From contig JALTLO010000182.1 in NCBI GenBank assembly GCA_027001995.1, positions 44,168-100,046 of the forward strand: 55,879 nucleotides of DNA, read 5' to 3'. The notes under the pieces are model-generated. The model saw nothing but the letters and a program-made list of their open reading frames with translations, had not been told where the DNA came from and searched no databases. The translations under genes were made by a program, and so were the position numbers. Of the stretch, positions 36,727 to 46,711 are shown in pieces. How positions within the stretch are numbered: position 1 is the first letter of the stretch; every line of letters starts with the position of its first letter. The DNA is from Planctomycetota bacterium. Its GTDB lineage: Bacteria; Planctomycetota; GCA-002687715; DRQF01.

Positions 36727-38328
36727 GTGAGCGAAAACGTCAAACTCACCATCAATGGCTTTGAAACGGAAGTACCTAAGGGTACGAACCTGATTGAAGC
36801 TGCCCGTTGCGTGAAAGCCAAAGTGCCTCACTTCTGCTATCACCGAGATCTATCGGTGGCAGGAAACTGCCGGATGTGTGTCGTCGAAGTTGAGGGTATG
36901 CGAGGCTTGCCCATCGCATGCAATACCATCGCCACAGAAGGCATGGTGGTCAACACCGAGAGTGATGCGGTCAAAGAAAACCGAGCCGCCATCATGGAAT
37001 TCTTGTTGGTCAATCATCCCATTGATTGCCCGGTCTGTGATCAAGCCGGGGAATGCAAACTCCAGAACTACTACATGGAGCACGATCGCAGAGATTCTGT
37101 GGTTGCCGTGGAAGATAAAGTTAAGAAGGGCAAAGCCATCGAGGTGGGGCCCCGGGTGATGCTCGATCAAGAGCGCTGCGTTGCTTGTTCAAGATGCGTC
37201 CGGTTCTGCGACGAAGTCACCGGCACCGGGGAGCTGCGGCTCTTGAATCGGGGTGATCACACCACCATTGATACTTTTCCTGGCAAGAAGCTCGATAATA
37301 ACTACTCAGTCAACACGGCGGACATTTGCCCCGTGGGGGCCCTCACCAGTCGAGATTTTCGTTTCCAAGCGCGGTCCTGGTACTTAGAAAAAGACAACAG
37401 CATTTGCCCAGGATGTTCCACGGGTTGCAATACGACTTTAAGTCACTACAAGCAGACGACCTTAGGTGACTACAATGGTGTGGCCTATCGTTTGAAGCCC
37501 CGTCGAAATCCCGCTGTTAACAAGGCTTGGATGTGTGACTTCGGGCGCACCGAGTATGTCCAGATCAACGAGAATCGCCTGACGCAGCCAATCGCTTCAA
37601 ACATTGAAATCGGATGGGACGGGGCCTTGGGCCACATTCGCAATGGTATCGCTCCTCTTCTCGAGCGCGGTAGTGGTGTTGTGGCTGGGGTTGCCAGCTA
37701 CGACTGCACCAACGAAGAGATTTGGTTGTTCAAGAAATTGATGAAAGAGGTCTTTCACACCGATTCCATTGCCCTCATCGCCAACCGGGAGGACGGTTAT
37801 AGCGATGACTTCTTGATTGCTGCGGACAAACATCCGAATCGCAGAGGCTCGATGGCTGTGGCTAAGGGTGGTGTTGTAGAAGACTTGGCGTCTTATCTGG
37901 ATGGCAAGTTAGCAGTCATCACTTTGTCCGCTGATGTCTTGAGTGACTGGCGAGATGAGGCAAGCAAGAAGGCCTTCTCTGCCATCAAGCAAAAGATTTG
38001 CTTGCAGTCCAATGGGACGGCGACAAGTGATGCCTCAAGTGTGGTGCTGCCGGCAACGAGTTACGCCGAAAAAGACGGCACATGGACGAACAAAGATGGC
38101 CGGGTTCAGAGGCTGACAGCAGCTGTGCGGAAGGAATTTTCCGTTCGCAGTGAGATTCAGTTGATGCAGCAAATTGCTCATGTCATGGGAGTGGAGTGGG
38201 AACTCAAAAGTGCCATGCAACTCTTTGCTGAGATTGCCGCAAGCGTGCCTGAGTTTGATGGTCTCGACTACGGAAAAATCGGAAAACTGGGTGCCACAGC
38301 TTCTGCGGCACAGACAGTGAGCGCTTAG
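36727..38328 (+). CDS. nuoG: NADH-quinone oxidoreductase subunit G (short form, about 533 aa)
   Basis: FCYH..GNCRMC, NHPIDCPVCDQAGEC, CVACSRCVRFC and CPGCSTGC motifs. Start moved to GTG 36727 (AGGAG RBS). Confidence 0.93.
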   Translation: MSENVKLTINGFETEVPKGTNLIEAARCVKAKVPHFCYHRDLSVAGNCRMCVVEVEGMRGLPIACNTIATEGMVVNTESDAVKENRAAIMEFLLVNHPIDCPVCDQAGECKLQNYYMEHDRRDSVVAVEDKVKKGKAIEVGPRVMLDQERCVACSRCVRFCDEVTGTGELRLLNRGDHTTIDTFPGKKLDNNYSVNTADICPVGALTSRDFRFQARSWYLEKDNSICPGCSTGCNTTLSHYKQTTLGDYNGVAYRLKPRRNPAVNKAWMCDFGRTEYVQINENRLTQPIASNIEIGWDGALGHIRNGIAPLLERGSGVVAGVASYDCTNEEIWLFKKLMKEVFHTDSIALIANREDGYSDDFLIAADKHPNRRGSMAVAKGGVVEDLASYLDGKLAVITLSADVLSDWRDEASKKAFSAIKQKICLQSNGTATSDASSVVLPATSYAEKDGTWTNKDGRVQRLTAAVRKEFSVRSEIQLMQQIAHVMGVEWELKSAMQLFAEIAASVPEFDGLDYGKIGKLGATASAAQTVSA

Positions 38329-38336
38329 AAGGGTTT

Positions 38337-39632
38337 GTGACAATGGATGGATTCGGTTGGTTGTTCTTGAAGGCCGCAGTACCTTGGCTGCTGCTCTTGC
38401 AGATGATCCCAGTGATGATCTTTCTTGAGCGCAAGGGTTCGGCTTTCATCGCAGATCGTGTGGGGCCAAACCGCGCCTTCGTACCTGGTCTTGGCCTTCG
38501 ACTCGCCGGTATGGTTCACAACTTGACAGACGTTGTGAAACTCTTGACGAAAGAAGAGTTTGTTCCCAACCACGCGAATCGCCGTCTTTATATTTTCGCC
38601 CCCATGTTGGCGCTCTTCATCTCCCTTGTTGTTGGGATGGTTATTCCGCTGACGCCAAAAATGACCATCTTTGGTGAGAGCTATCAGATCCAAGCTCTGG
38701 ATGCTGACTTGGGCATCTTGATCTTGCTGGCGGTTTCTTCCATTGGTGTCTATGCCGTGACCTTGGCTGGCTGGGCATCCAACAACAAGTACAGTCTCAT
38801 GGGTGCCATGCGCGCCACGGCTCAAATGATTAGCTATGAGCTTTCCATGGGCTTGGCTGTTGTTGGTTTGTTCATGGTCTATGGCACCCCCAACTTGGGC
38901 GAAATGGTCGAAATCCAAGGCGGATCATTCTTGGCCATCTTACCCCGCTGGGGCATCTTCCTGCAGCCCATTGGCTTTCTTTTGTTCTTGATTGCTGGCT
39001 TTGCTGAGACCAATCGTACGCCTTTCGATATGGCTGAAGGGGAGTCAGAAATCGTTGGCTTCCATGTTGAATACGGTGGCGTGAAGTTCGCTTTGTTCTT
39101 CATGGCCGAATACATCCACATGGTTGTGGTAGCCATGGTCTTGTCCACCTGCTTCTTTGGTGGCTACCAAGTTCCTTGGGTCAGCCCTGAAACTCTTGCA
39201 GACCCGGAGAATGCGGCCTTGCTCTCCAAGGGAATTCTCTTTGGTACGATGATAGCTGGCATCTTGGTCGGACTCCGCTTGCTAAAGTGGCATGGAAAGA
39301 ATCGCCTTTTGTGGCGTGATTCGCGAAAAAACGAAGGTTTGGTCCTGAGCGTTTTGATGGGATTTGGACCAGCTTTAGCTGCCCTGCTCATCTATATGCT
39401 TTGGGGCGGTGAGTTGAGCACCACTCTTGGCTCGACGATTGGTGGTTTAGTGGGCTTGGCGACACTCATGGCCAAGACCTTGTTCTTCTGCTGGCTGTTC
39501 GTCTGGGTGCGCTGGACTTTGCCGCGCTTCCGCTATGATCAGCTGATGGCATTGGGCTGGAAGATTCTTGTTCCCTTGGGATTGGTCAACATTTTACTGA
39601 CCGGAATCCTGATCAAGATGGACATTTGGTAG
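38337..39632 (+). CDS. nuoH: NADH-quinone oxidoreductase subunit H (with internal insertion)
   Basis: [25 protein letters not shown] and [15 protein letters not shown] motifs. Confidence 0.96.
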   Translation: MTMDGFGWLFLKAAVPWLLLLQMIPVMIFLERKGSAFIADRVGPNRAFVPGLGLRLAGMVHNLTDVVKLLTKEEFVPNHANRRLYIFAPMLALFISLVVGMVIPLTPKMTIFGESYQIQALDADLGILILLAVSSIGVYAVTLAGWASNNKYSLMGAMRATAQMISYELSMGLAVVGLFMVYGTPNLGEMVEIQGGSFLAILPRWGIFLQPIGFLLFLIAGFAETNRTPFDMAEGESEIVGFHVEYGGVKFALFFMAEYIHMVVVAMVLSTCFFGGYQVPWVSPETLADPENAALLSKGILFGTMIAGILVGLRLLKWHGKNRLLWRDSRKNEGLVLSVLMGFGPALAALLIYMLWGGELSTTLGSTIGGLVGLATLMAKTLFFCWLFVWVRWTLPRFRYDQLMALGWKILVPLGLVNILLTGILIKMDIW

Positions 39633-39642
39633 AGGTATTCTT

Positions 39643-40161
39643 GTGTCAGAATTTGATCTCAATCCAAAAGCTGGTGAACGGATGACCTTATCCGAGAAGC
39701 TCTTCTTTCCAGAGCTCTTGAAGGGTATGAAGATCACGATTGGCCATCTTTTGAAGAATCTGAGGCGGGTGGACAAAATGCCCACGGTAGCCTATCCAGA
39801 ACAGCGCAATCCTTTTCCAAAGCGCTTTCGGGGGCAACATCGTCTCCTTAAGAAAGAAGATGGCAGCCCTCGGTGCACCGCATGTATGTGCTGTGCCACT
39901 TCCTGTCCTGCAGGCTGTATCCACATTATCTCGGCGGAAAGCCCGGATGTGCATGTGGAGAAGTTTCCGGAACGATTCGATATTGATGAGCTGAAGTGCG
40001 TGGCTTGTGGCCTTTGCGTTGAAGCTTGTCCTGTAGACGCCATTCGTATGGACACTGGGCGACCAGTGGACCCGGCGTATACCCGTAACCAATTCATTTA
40101 TACGAAGGAGCAGCTTCTCGCGTTCGAACCCCTTCCGGGCAGCGAGAATCCACCCGTCTGA
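39643..40161 (+). CDS. nuoI: NADH-quinone oxidoreductase subunit I
   Basis: [18 protein letters not shown] and [12 protein letters not shown] motifs. Confidence 0.96.
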   Translation: MSEFDLNPKAGERMTLSEKLFFPELLKGMKITIGHLLKNLRRVDKMPTVAYPEQRNPFPKRFRGQHRLLKKEDGSPRCTACMCCATSCPAGCIHIISAESPDVHVEKFPERFDIDELKCVACGLCVEACPVDAIRMDTGRPVDPAYTRNQFIYTKEQLLAFEPLPGSENPPV

Positions 40162-40661
40162 TGGAACAAAAGACGCTCTTCTTCATTCTTGCTGCTATGG
40201 CTGTTATCAGTGCGCTGATGACGATCACCCGCAAGAATCCTCTTAGCGGCGCTTTGTCGCTCATCATGACCTTCATCTCCCTTGCGGGGTTGTACTTCAT
40301 GAGCAGTGCTCCTTTTGTGGGCGTGCTTCAGGTCTTGGTGTATGCCGGTGCCATCATGGTCCTGGTGATTTTTGTCGTCATGCTTTTGAACTTGCCTGAA
40401 GGTGAGCTTGAGGAAGAACGTATCCCCCCGAGGCGGTGGGTGTTGGCGTTCTTCTCCTTGGTTCCGTTGGGTTTCCTTTGCATCGCTCAGATCCTGAGCA
40501 CGGACATGAAGGCAGTTGACAGCCTTGGCCCCAACTTCGGTTCAGTCAAGAGTGTTGGCAGGCTCATGTTTGGCGACTACTTGTTGCAATTCGAGATGGT
40601 CTCAATCTTGCTCCTGATCGCTATTGTCGGCGCTGTCGTCATGGCCAAGAAGAAGCTCTGA
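40161..40661 (+). CDS. nuoJ: NADH-quinone oxidoreductase subunit J
   Basis: QVLVYAGAIMVL motif and operon position. Confidence 0.95.
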   Translation: MEQKTLFFILAAMAVISALMTITRKNPLSGALSLIMTFISLAGLYFMSSAPFVGVLQVLVYAGAIMVLVIFVVMLLNLPEGELEEERIPPRRWVLAFFSLVPLGFLCIAQILSTDMKAVDSLGPNFGSVKSVGRLMFGDYLLQFEMVSILLLIAIVGAVVMAKKKL

Positions 40662-40672
40662 GGTAATTTGAT

Positions 40673-40972
40673 ATGGAAAGCCAATACAATCTCATTGTTG
40701 CAACGCTGATCTTCTTGATCGGTGCAGCGGGTTTCTTGGTCCGAAGGAACCTCATCGTCTTGTTCATGAGTGTTGAGCTCATGCTGAACGGTGCTGCGTT
40801 GGTATTTGTGACATTCGCCCGTCAACATCAACAGATGGACGGACATGTTTTCGTATTCTTCATCATCGCTCTGGCTGCGGCGGAAGCTGCGGTTGGGTTG
40901 TCGATCCTGATTGCTGTCTTTCGTCTGAGGCATCGCGTTAACGTTGACGAATTATCGGAATTGAAAGGCTAA
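40673..40972 (+). CDS. nuoK: NADH-quinone oxidoreductase subunit K
   Basis: RRN..MSVELMLN and AAAEAAVGL motifs. Confidence 0.96.
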   Translation: MESQYNLIVATLIFLIGAAGFLVRRNLIVLFMSVELMLNGAALVFVTFARQHQQMDGHVFVFFIIALAAAEAAVGLSILIAVFRLRHRVNVDELSELKG

Positions 40973-42925
40973 ATGATGGCAACGATCGCCTTTCTCATCC
41001 CTCTGGTTTTATTGCTGGGCTCCGCCGTTTGCGGTGCTGTGGCCATTGCCAAGACCCGAGGTGTCGTCCTTCCCGACCGAGTCGTGAGTGGTTTGGCCGT
41101 GATCGGCCCAGCCTTGGCTTTCGTCCTGAGCTTGGTGTTGTTCAAGAACATCGGTCATGGCTCGGTGATGGCAAAGGGTTGGGACTGGATTTTGCTTGGA
41201 TCGTCTTGGGTCCCGGTCGATTTCGTCGTTGATCAGCTCACTTGTGTGATGTTGATGGTGATTACCGGCATCGGAACCTTGATCCACATCTATTCAACTG
41301 GGTATATGAAAGGGGATGGGGGTTACGCCCGCTATTTCTCTTATCTCAACCTTTTCATGTTTTTCATGCTTGTCTTGGTCTTGGCCGACAACTTACTTGT
41401 GCTTTTTGTCGGTTGGGAAGGGGTGGGGCTTTGTTCCTACCTTCTCATCGGCTTTTGGTGGCAAGATGTAGCCAAGTCTTCTGCTGGCATGAAGGCTTTC
41501 ATCGTCAATCGTATTGGCGACGGTGGTTTCATTCTGGGCATGCTTCTGATCTATCAAACAGCAGGAACCCTGAGTTTCTCGGGTTTGCGCGCTTTCGTGG
41601 AATCTAACCCAGAGGCTTTCACCTCCGGCTCTGGGTTCCTGGGGCTTTCTGTTGCCACTGCTGCTTGTTTGCTTCTATTCTTAGGAGCTACGGGCAAGTC
41701 GGCCCAGCTCCCGCTTTTCGTTTGGCTCCCAGACGCCATGGCGGGCCCAACGCCCGTATCAGCTTTGATTCATGCTGCCACGATGGTCACCGCTGGGGTC
41801 TACATGATCGGGCGTATGAGTTTTCTCTACGCTTTGTCGCCCACGTCCATGATCGTGGTCTCCACCATTGGTGCCTTGACCGCCTTCTTTGCCGGCACGG
41901 TGGCCTTAACCCAAAATGACATCAAGAAAGTACTCGCCTACTCGACGGTGAGCCAACTTGGTTACATGTTCATAGCGGTTGGTCTCGGAGCTGTCAGCGT
42001 AGCTGTCTTTCATTTGGTGACTCATGCCTTCTTCAAGGCTTGCTTGTTCCTTGGATCTGGCAGCGTGATCAACGCCATGCATCACGAGCAAGACATGCGC
42101 AAAATGGGTGGTTTGCGGAAACGAATGCCGATTACCTGTGCCACTATGACGATCTCGGCTGTAGCCATGGCGGGCATCCCCCCCCTCAGTGGATTCTTCT
42201 CCAAGGATGAAATCTTGTGGAAGGCTTTCAGCAGTGACTTGGGCCATGGATGGTTCTTGTGGGCCTTAGGTATGGCTGCGGCCTTTTGTACCGCACTCTA
42301 CATGGGACGTATGATCTTGATGACATTCGCTGGCTCTTGCCGGGCTGATGAGCACACCAAAGCTCACATCAAGGAATCGCCTAAGAGCATGACCGGCGTC
42401 TTGGTCATCTTAGCTACAGGGGCTGCTTTGATTGGCCTTCTGGGTGTGCCTCATTTCTTGGGTGGCCATAACGTCTTTGGGCATTTCATTGATCAAGCCG
42501 TCCCTGTGATGCATGGGGAAGAAGTGGTCCATGGTCGCATGGCCGTGGAAGCGGCTTTGGCGGTTCTATCGGTGATGGTGGCAGTGGCGGGCTTGTTTAT
42601 CGCCCACCGCTGTTATGTACGCCATCCAGAATTGCCGGCTCAATATGCCGAACAGAACAAAGAACTCTACGATTTGGTCAACGAAAAGTACCGCGTCGAT
42701 GAGTTCTATGATCAGTCAGTGACAAAACCTCTCGAACGCCTGGCGGAAGGAACCTTCTTTAAGGTTATTGACCGTCGGGTCATCGACAACACAGTCAATA
42801 GTGTGGCAAAGACTTTCCGTTGGCTTGGTGCTCGCATTGCATCAACCACAACGGGTGCCGTACGTACTTACATCGCCGTGATGATCGTGGGCTTGCTCCT
42901 GGTCGTCCTGTCGTTGTTCACTTAG
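40973..42925 (+). CDS. nuoL: NADH-quinone oxidoreductase subunit L
   Basis: GWEGVG, NRIGD, WLPDAMAGPTPVSALIHAATMV and HAFFKA motifs. Confidence 0.97.
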   Translation: MMATIAFLIPLVLLLGSAVCGAVAIAKTRGVVLPDRVVSGLAVIGPALAFVLSLVLFKNIGHGSVMAKGWDWILLGSSWVPVDFVVDQLTCVMLMVITGIGTLIHIYSTGYMKGDGGYARYFSYLNLFMFFMLVLVLADNLLVLFVGWEGVGLCSYLLIGFWWQDVAKSSAGMKAFIVNRIGDGGFILGMLLIYQTAGTLSFSGLRAFVESNPEAFTSGSGFLGLSVATAACLLLFLGATGKSAQLPLFVWLPDAMAGPTPVSALIHAATMVTAGVYMIGRMSFLYALSPTSMIVVSTIGALTAFFAGTVALTQNDIKKVLAYSTVSQLGYMFIAVGLGAVSVAVFHLVTHAFFKACLFLGSGSVINAMHHEQDMRKMGGLRKRMPITCATMTISAVAMAGIPPLSGFFSKDEILWKAFSSDLGHGWFLWALGMAAAFCTALYMGRMILMTFAGSCRADEHTKAHIKESPKSMTGVLVILATGAALIGLLGVPHFLGGHNVFGHFIDQAVPVMHGEEVVHGRMAVEAALAVLSVMVAVAGLFIAHRCYVRHPELPAQYAEQNKELYDLVNEKYRVDEFYDQSVTKPLERLAEGTFFKVIDRRVIDNTVNSVAKTFRWLGARIASTTTGAVRTYIAVMIVGLLLVVLSLFT

Positions 42926-42935
42926 GAGAACTGGT

Positions 42936-44432
42936 TTGCTGTCTTGTGTTCTCTTCTTGCCAATGGTGGGTGCGCTCGCCTTACTGGCAATTGATAGATC
43001 GAAAGAGCGGCTGATAAAGAAAGTAGCCTTTGGTTTCACCTTGGCCACCTTCTTTGCCAGTGTACCGCTCTATTTCGAATATGACGCTGGCGGTGCCTTG
43101 TTTCAGCTCGGTCAAGATTGCGATTGGATCCCAAGTTTGGGCATTCGCTATTCCGTGGCCGTCGATGGCATTAGCCTTCTATTGGCTCTACTCGTCACCT
43201 TCATGATGCCCATTGTGGTCATTGGTTCAGTGAAGAGCATCACCAACAAGCATCGCGACTTCTATGTGCTCCTTTTGCTCTTGGAAGGGTTTATGTTGGG
43301 TGCTTTCTTGGCCCGAGATCTCTTCCTGTTCTACATGTTCTGGGAGCTCATGGTCGTACCGATGTACTTCATCATTGGTGTTTGGGGTGGAAAGCCTCGG
43401 ATCTATGCGGCGACGAAGTTCTTCATCTACACTTTGTTTGGCTCTTTGCCCATGCTTTTGGCGGTGCTCTACTTGTTCTTCAAGCTGAAGAGTCAGGGTG
43501 CAGCAGACCCAGAAGTTGAAGTCTCCTATTCGCTGGATGCTTTGGGGCAGCTGTCTTTGTCGCTCAAAGAACAGTGGATGTGCTTTTTGGCCTTTGGCCT
43601 GAGTTTCGCCGTCAAAGTCCCCATGTTTCCCTTCCACACTTGGTTGCCAGACGCACATACGGAAGCTCCAACTCCGGGTTCGGTGGTCTTGGCTGGAGTC
43701 TTGCTGAAGATGGGTGGCTATGGATTCCTGCGTTTCGCAATTCCACTTTTTCCACTGGCGGTTCAGCAGGCAGCCCCGACTATTTACTTCCTGGCGGTGT
43801 TCGGCGTCATCTACGCCGCTTTGGTCGCTCTCGTTCAAACAGATGTTAAGCGTCTCATCGCCTATTCGTCAGTGAGCCACATGGGTTTGGTCGTCTTGGG
43901 GATCTTCGCTCTTAATAGTGATGGTGTTCGTGGAGCGGTTTACCAGATGTTGGCCCATGGTTTGACTACTGGGGGCCTGTTTCTTTTGATCGGTATGATC
44001 TATGAACGGCGTCATACCCGCGAGTTCTCCGAATTTGGAGGGATCGCCAAGAAGATGCCCGTCTTTGCGACGTTTTTCATCATTGTGACTTTGGGCTCCA
44101 TTGGCATGCCGGGCCTCAACGGTTTCGTCGGCGAGTACCTGATTTTCTTTGGCACTTTCCAAGCCAGCCCAGTGACTGCGATTTTTGCTGTGACCGGCGT
44201 GGTTCTTGGAGCTTGGTATATGTTGGCCACAGTCCGAAAAATCTTCTTTGGTGAGATCACCGTAGAAGCGAACAATCACTTAGTGGATATCGACACCAGA
44301 GAAATTATTGTCTTGGCACCTTTGGTGTTGATGATCATTCTCATGGGTGTGATGCCGAAACCATTCATTCAGAAATTGGAGCCCAGCGCCCAAGCGATCG
44401 TTCATCGCTACGACGCTGCGGTCGAGAAGTAA
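42936..44432 (+). CDS. nuoM: NADH-quinone oxidoreductase subunit M
   Basis: FWE, KVPMFPFHTWLPDAHTEAPT and IAYSSVSHMG motifs. AGGAGA RBS before the TTG start. Confidence 0.97.
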   Translation: MLSCVLFLPMVGALALLAIDRSKERLIKKVAFGFTLATFFASVPLYFEYDAGGALFQLGQDCDWIPSLGIRYSVAVDGISLLLALLVTFMMPIVVIGSVKSITNKHRDFYVLLLLLEGFMLGAFLARDLFLFYMFWELMVVPMYFIIGVWGGKPRIYAATKFFIYTLFGSLPMLLAVLYLFFKLKSQGAADPEVEVSYSLDALGQLSLSLKEQWMCFLAFGLSFAVKVPMFPFHTWLPDAHTEAPTPGSVVLAGVLLKMGGYGFLRFAIPLFPLAVQQAAPTIYFLAVFGVIYAALVALVQTDVKRLIAYSSVSHMGLVVLGIFALNSDGVRGAVYQMLAHGLTTGGLFLLIGMIYERRHTREFSEFGGIAKKMPVFATFFIIVTLGSIGMPGLNGFVGEYLIFFGTFQASPVTAIFAVTGVVLGAWYMLATVRKIFFGEITVEANNHLVDIDTREIIVLAPLVLMIILMGVMPKPFIQKLEPSAQAIVHRYDAAVEK

Positions 44433-44435
44433 CCC

Positions 44436-45974
44436 ATGAATTGGAATGAAATCTTTGGAATCATGCCGGTGCTCTGGCCGATCCTGGCAGCGCTCGCCAT
44501 TCTCGTGACTTGTGATTCACGAAAGCATGGGCCCAAACCATTGCCACCGTTGTTGGCTGTGTCGGGGATGGGCATGAGCCTGATCTCCTGCTGGAAGCTC
44601 TGGCCTCTTGATAAACCGCGAGAGCTCTTCCATCACGCAATCTTGCTCGACAATTTCGGGCTCTATTTGGCGATCTTGATCTCTTTTTGCACCATTGGCA
44701 CGGTCATGATCTCGGTGGACTACTTGAAGCGTCGGGAGAAGAACCTAACCGAGTTTTATGCTTTGGTGCTCTTCGCAGCCTCGGGCATGATGCTGATGGG
44801 GCTTAGTACGAGTTTCATCACCCTGCTCTTCGGCCTTGAGATGATGTCCATCGCTTTCTACGTCTTGGTTGGGTTCTTTCGGGAAACACCCCGTAGCGTT
44901 GAAGCTTCTATTAAGTACTTCCTCACCGGGTCTTTTGCCAGTGGGCTTTTGATCTTCGGTTTGGCGTTTGTCTATGGCGGCACTTCAGGGTCCCTCGATC
45001 TCAGCGGGATCGGTAATGTTCAGGCTGGGGGCTTGTCTTCGCCTTTGCTCGTCTTGGGTTTGGGGTTCGTCATCGCCGGTCTTGGCTTCAAGATTGCAGC
45101 GGCGCCTTTTCATATGTGGCTGCCAGATGTCTACGAGGGGGCTCCTACTCCGGTGACGGGATTCATGGCGACAGGCGTCAAGATTGCAGCTTTTGGCGTG
45201 CTGATTCGTCTCTTTTGTCAAGTTTATCAGGCTGAGAGCGAGGCTCTTCGGGATACTCTGTGGTGGATCGCTCTCGGCACGATGGCGGTTGGCAACGTGG
45301 CGGCCTTGGCCCAAGAGAGCGTCAAACGGATGCTGGCCTACTCGTCCATCGCTCATGCGGGTTATCTTTTGGTGGCTCTCGTGGTGATGCAGGGAATTCC
45401 CAACGAAACAAGCGGTTATCTCGATTTTCGTGACAGTGGAGCGATTCAAGGTATTCTCTACTACATTTTGGCTTACGGAATTGCGAATATCGGGGCATTC
45501 GGTATTTTAAGTTTCCTTGAGAAAGAAAACGGCAAAGGCCTGAATTTCGACGATCTCCAGGGTTTGAAGGTCAAACAGCCTTTTATCTCCATGGCATTAT
45601 GCGTCTTTATGTTGAGCTTAGCGGGCATCCCGGGAACTGCCGGTTTCATTGGCAAATTTGGCGTCTTTGGTGCCGCAGTTGAGGCGAGTCAGAGCCGAGC
45701 AGATCAATCTTTCATGCTTCTGGCGGTTCTGGGTATTCTCAATTCGCTCGTGGGACTCTATTATTACCTGCGGGTACCGGTACAGCTTTATGCGAAACCG
45801 CTTCCCGAGGACAAGAAACACAGCGTCATGCCCCCAAGACCGATGGCATTTCGTATGGTCATAGGTGCCAGTGTCGTGGCGACCTTGTGGCTGGGTTTCG
45901 GGCCGGAGATCATGAACTTCGGTGTGGAGCCCGCCATGCGGATGGTTCAGGGTGCTTTGACTTCATTGAGATAG
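44436..45974 (+). CDS. nuoN: NADH-quinone oxidoreductase subunit N
   Basis: EASIKYF, FKIAAAPFHMWLPDVYEGAP and KRMLAYSSIAHAGY motifs. Confidence 0.97.
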   Translation: MNWNEIFGIMPVLWPILAALAILVTCDSRKHGPKPLPPLLAVSGMGMSLISCWKLWPLDKPRELFHHAILLDNFGLYLAILISFCTIGTVMISVDYLKRREKNLTEFYALVLFAASGMMLMGLSTSFITLLFGLEMMSIAFYVLVGFFRETPRSVEASIKYFLTGSFASGLLIFGLAFVYGGTSGSLDLSGIGNVQAGGLSSPLLVLGLGFVIAGLGFKIAAAPFHMWLPDVYEGAPTPVTGFMATGVKIAAFGVLIRLFCQVYQAESEALRDTLWWIALGTMAVGNVAALAQESVKRMLAYSSIAHAGYLLVALVVMQGIPNETSGYLDFRDSGAIQGILYYILAYGIANIGAFGILSFLEKENGKGLNFDDLQGLKVKQPFISMALCVFMLSLAGIPGTAGFIGKFGVFGAAVEASQSRADQSFMLLAVLGILNSLVGLYYYLRVPVQLYAKPLPEDKKHSVMPPRPMAFRMVIGASVVATLWLGFGPEIMNFGVEPAMRMVQGALTSLR

Positions 45975-45989
45975 GTTTACAGGAAACCA

Positions 45990-46481
45990 ATGGCAGAGAC
46001 ACTTACCAGTTCGATTTTCTTGATGGCCATGGGCGTTTGGCTCGGGGGTGTGGTGTTCTTTTCATTTTTCACTGCCCCAGTCATCTTTGAGCGTTTGCCG
46101 CGCAATACCGCTGCGGACCTCATATCAGTGATTTTCCCAAGATATTACAACTTGGGTTATTCCTGTGGTGGCGCCATGCTGGTGGCGGGGTCTTATCCAA
46201 TCTATTTGGATAGCACGTCCATCAATGCTTGGTCTTCTTGGTCATTTGCCCTCATCGCATTCATGGTGTCTGTCTATGCTGGCCAAGTGGTGATGCCGCG
46301 GGTCCGCCGACTGCGTTTGACAGCAGCCAGTTCTGCTGGGAGCCCAGAGCACAGCAAGAATCGAGATGCCTACGAAGGCGCTCATCAGTGGAGCATTACC
46401 CTCAATTCTTTGGTGCTCCTTCTGCTCATCGCCCAAACCCTACTCTATGGATATCGCGTGAAGTCCGAATTCCTCGGTTGA
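45990..46481 (+). CDS. DUF4149/TMEM205-like 4-TM membrane protein
   Basis: VWLGG..FFSF..AP.IF..L and IFPRYY motifs, then a C-terminal H..S..LN motif. It starts 15 bp after nuoN. Confidence 0.8.
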   Translation: MAETLTSSIFLMAMGVWLGGVVFFSFFTAPVIFERLPRNTAADLISVIFPRYYNLGYSCGGAMLVAGSYPIYLDSTSINAWSSWSFALIAFMVSVYAGQVVMPRVRRLRLTAASSAGSPEHSKNRDAYEGAHQWSITLNSLVLLLLIAQTLLYGYRVKSEFLG

Positions 46482-46513
46482 GTCCTTAGCTAGCTCGTCC
46501 ATATTCGAATTTT

Positions 46514-46550
46514 GAAAGCGCGGCCCTAATCGGCCGCGCTTTCTTTGTTT
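46514..46550 (+). terminator. Rho-independent terminator closing the nuo-DUF4149 transcript
   Basis: GAAAGCGCGGCC-ctaatc-GGCCGCGCTTTC, a 12-bp perfect stem followed by TTTGTTT. Confidence 0.85.
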
Positions 46551-46690
46551 GGACGGCGCAGGGAGAGTAATCGAAAAATCTCTCATATTGGTCGTGACAA
46601 TTCTTGATGGAATCCGCTCGTCAGTGGGGCCTCGCCCTCAATCACCAGAATGATCCTCGGAAATTGACAGAAACTGATGAAAGCTACTCA

Positions 46691-46711
46691 ATGAAAATGA
46701 AAATGAAAATG
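46691..46711 (+). repeat. (ATGAAA)3ATG hexamer tandem repeat at the gene start
   Basis: Read directly: atgaaaatgaaaatgaaaatg. Confidence 0.85.

Noticed and set aside
32275..45974. Group 4 hydrogenase or Mrp antiporter interpretation
   Set aside because: The NuoD part lacks the Ni-binding CxxC motifs, and the NADH module nuoEFG is present, so this is a bona fide complex I.
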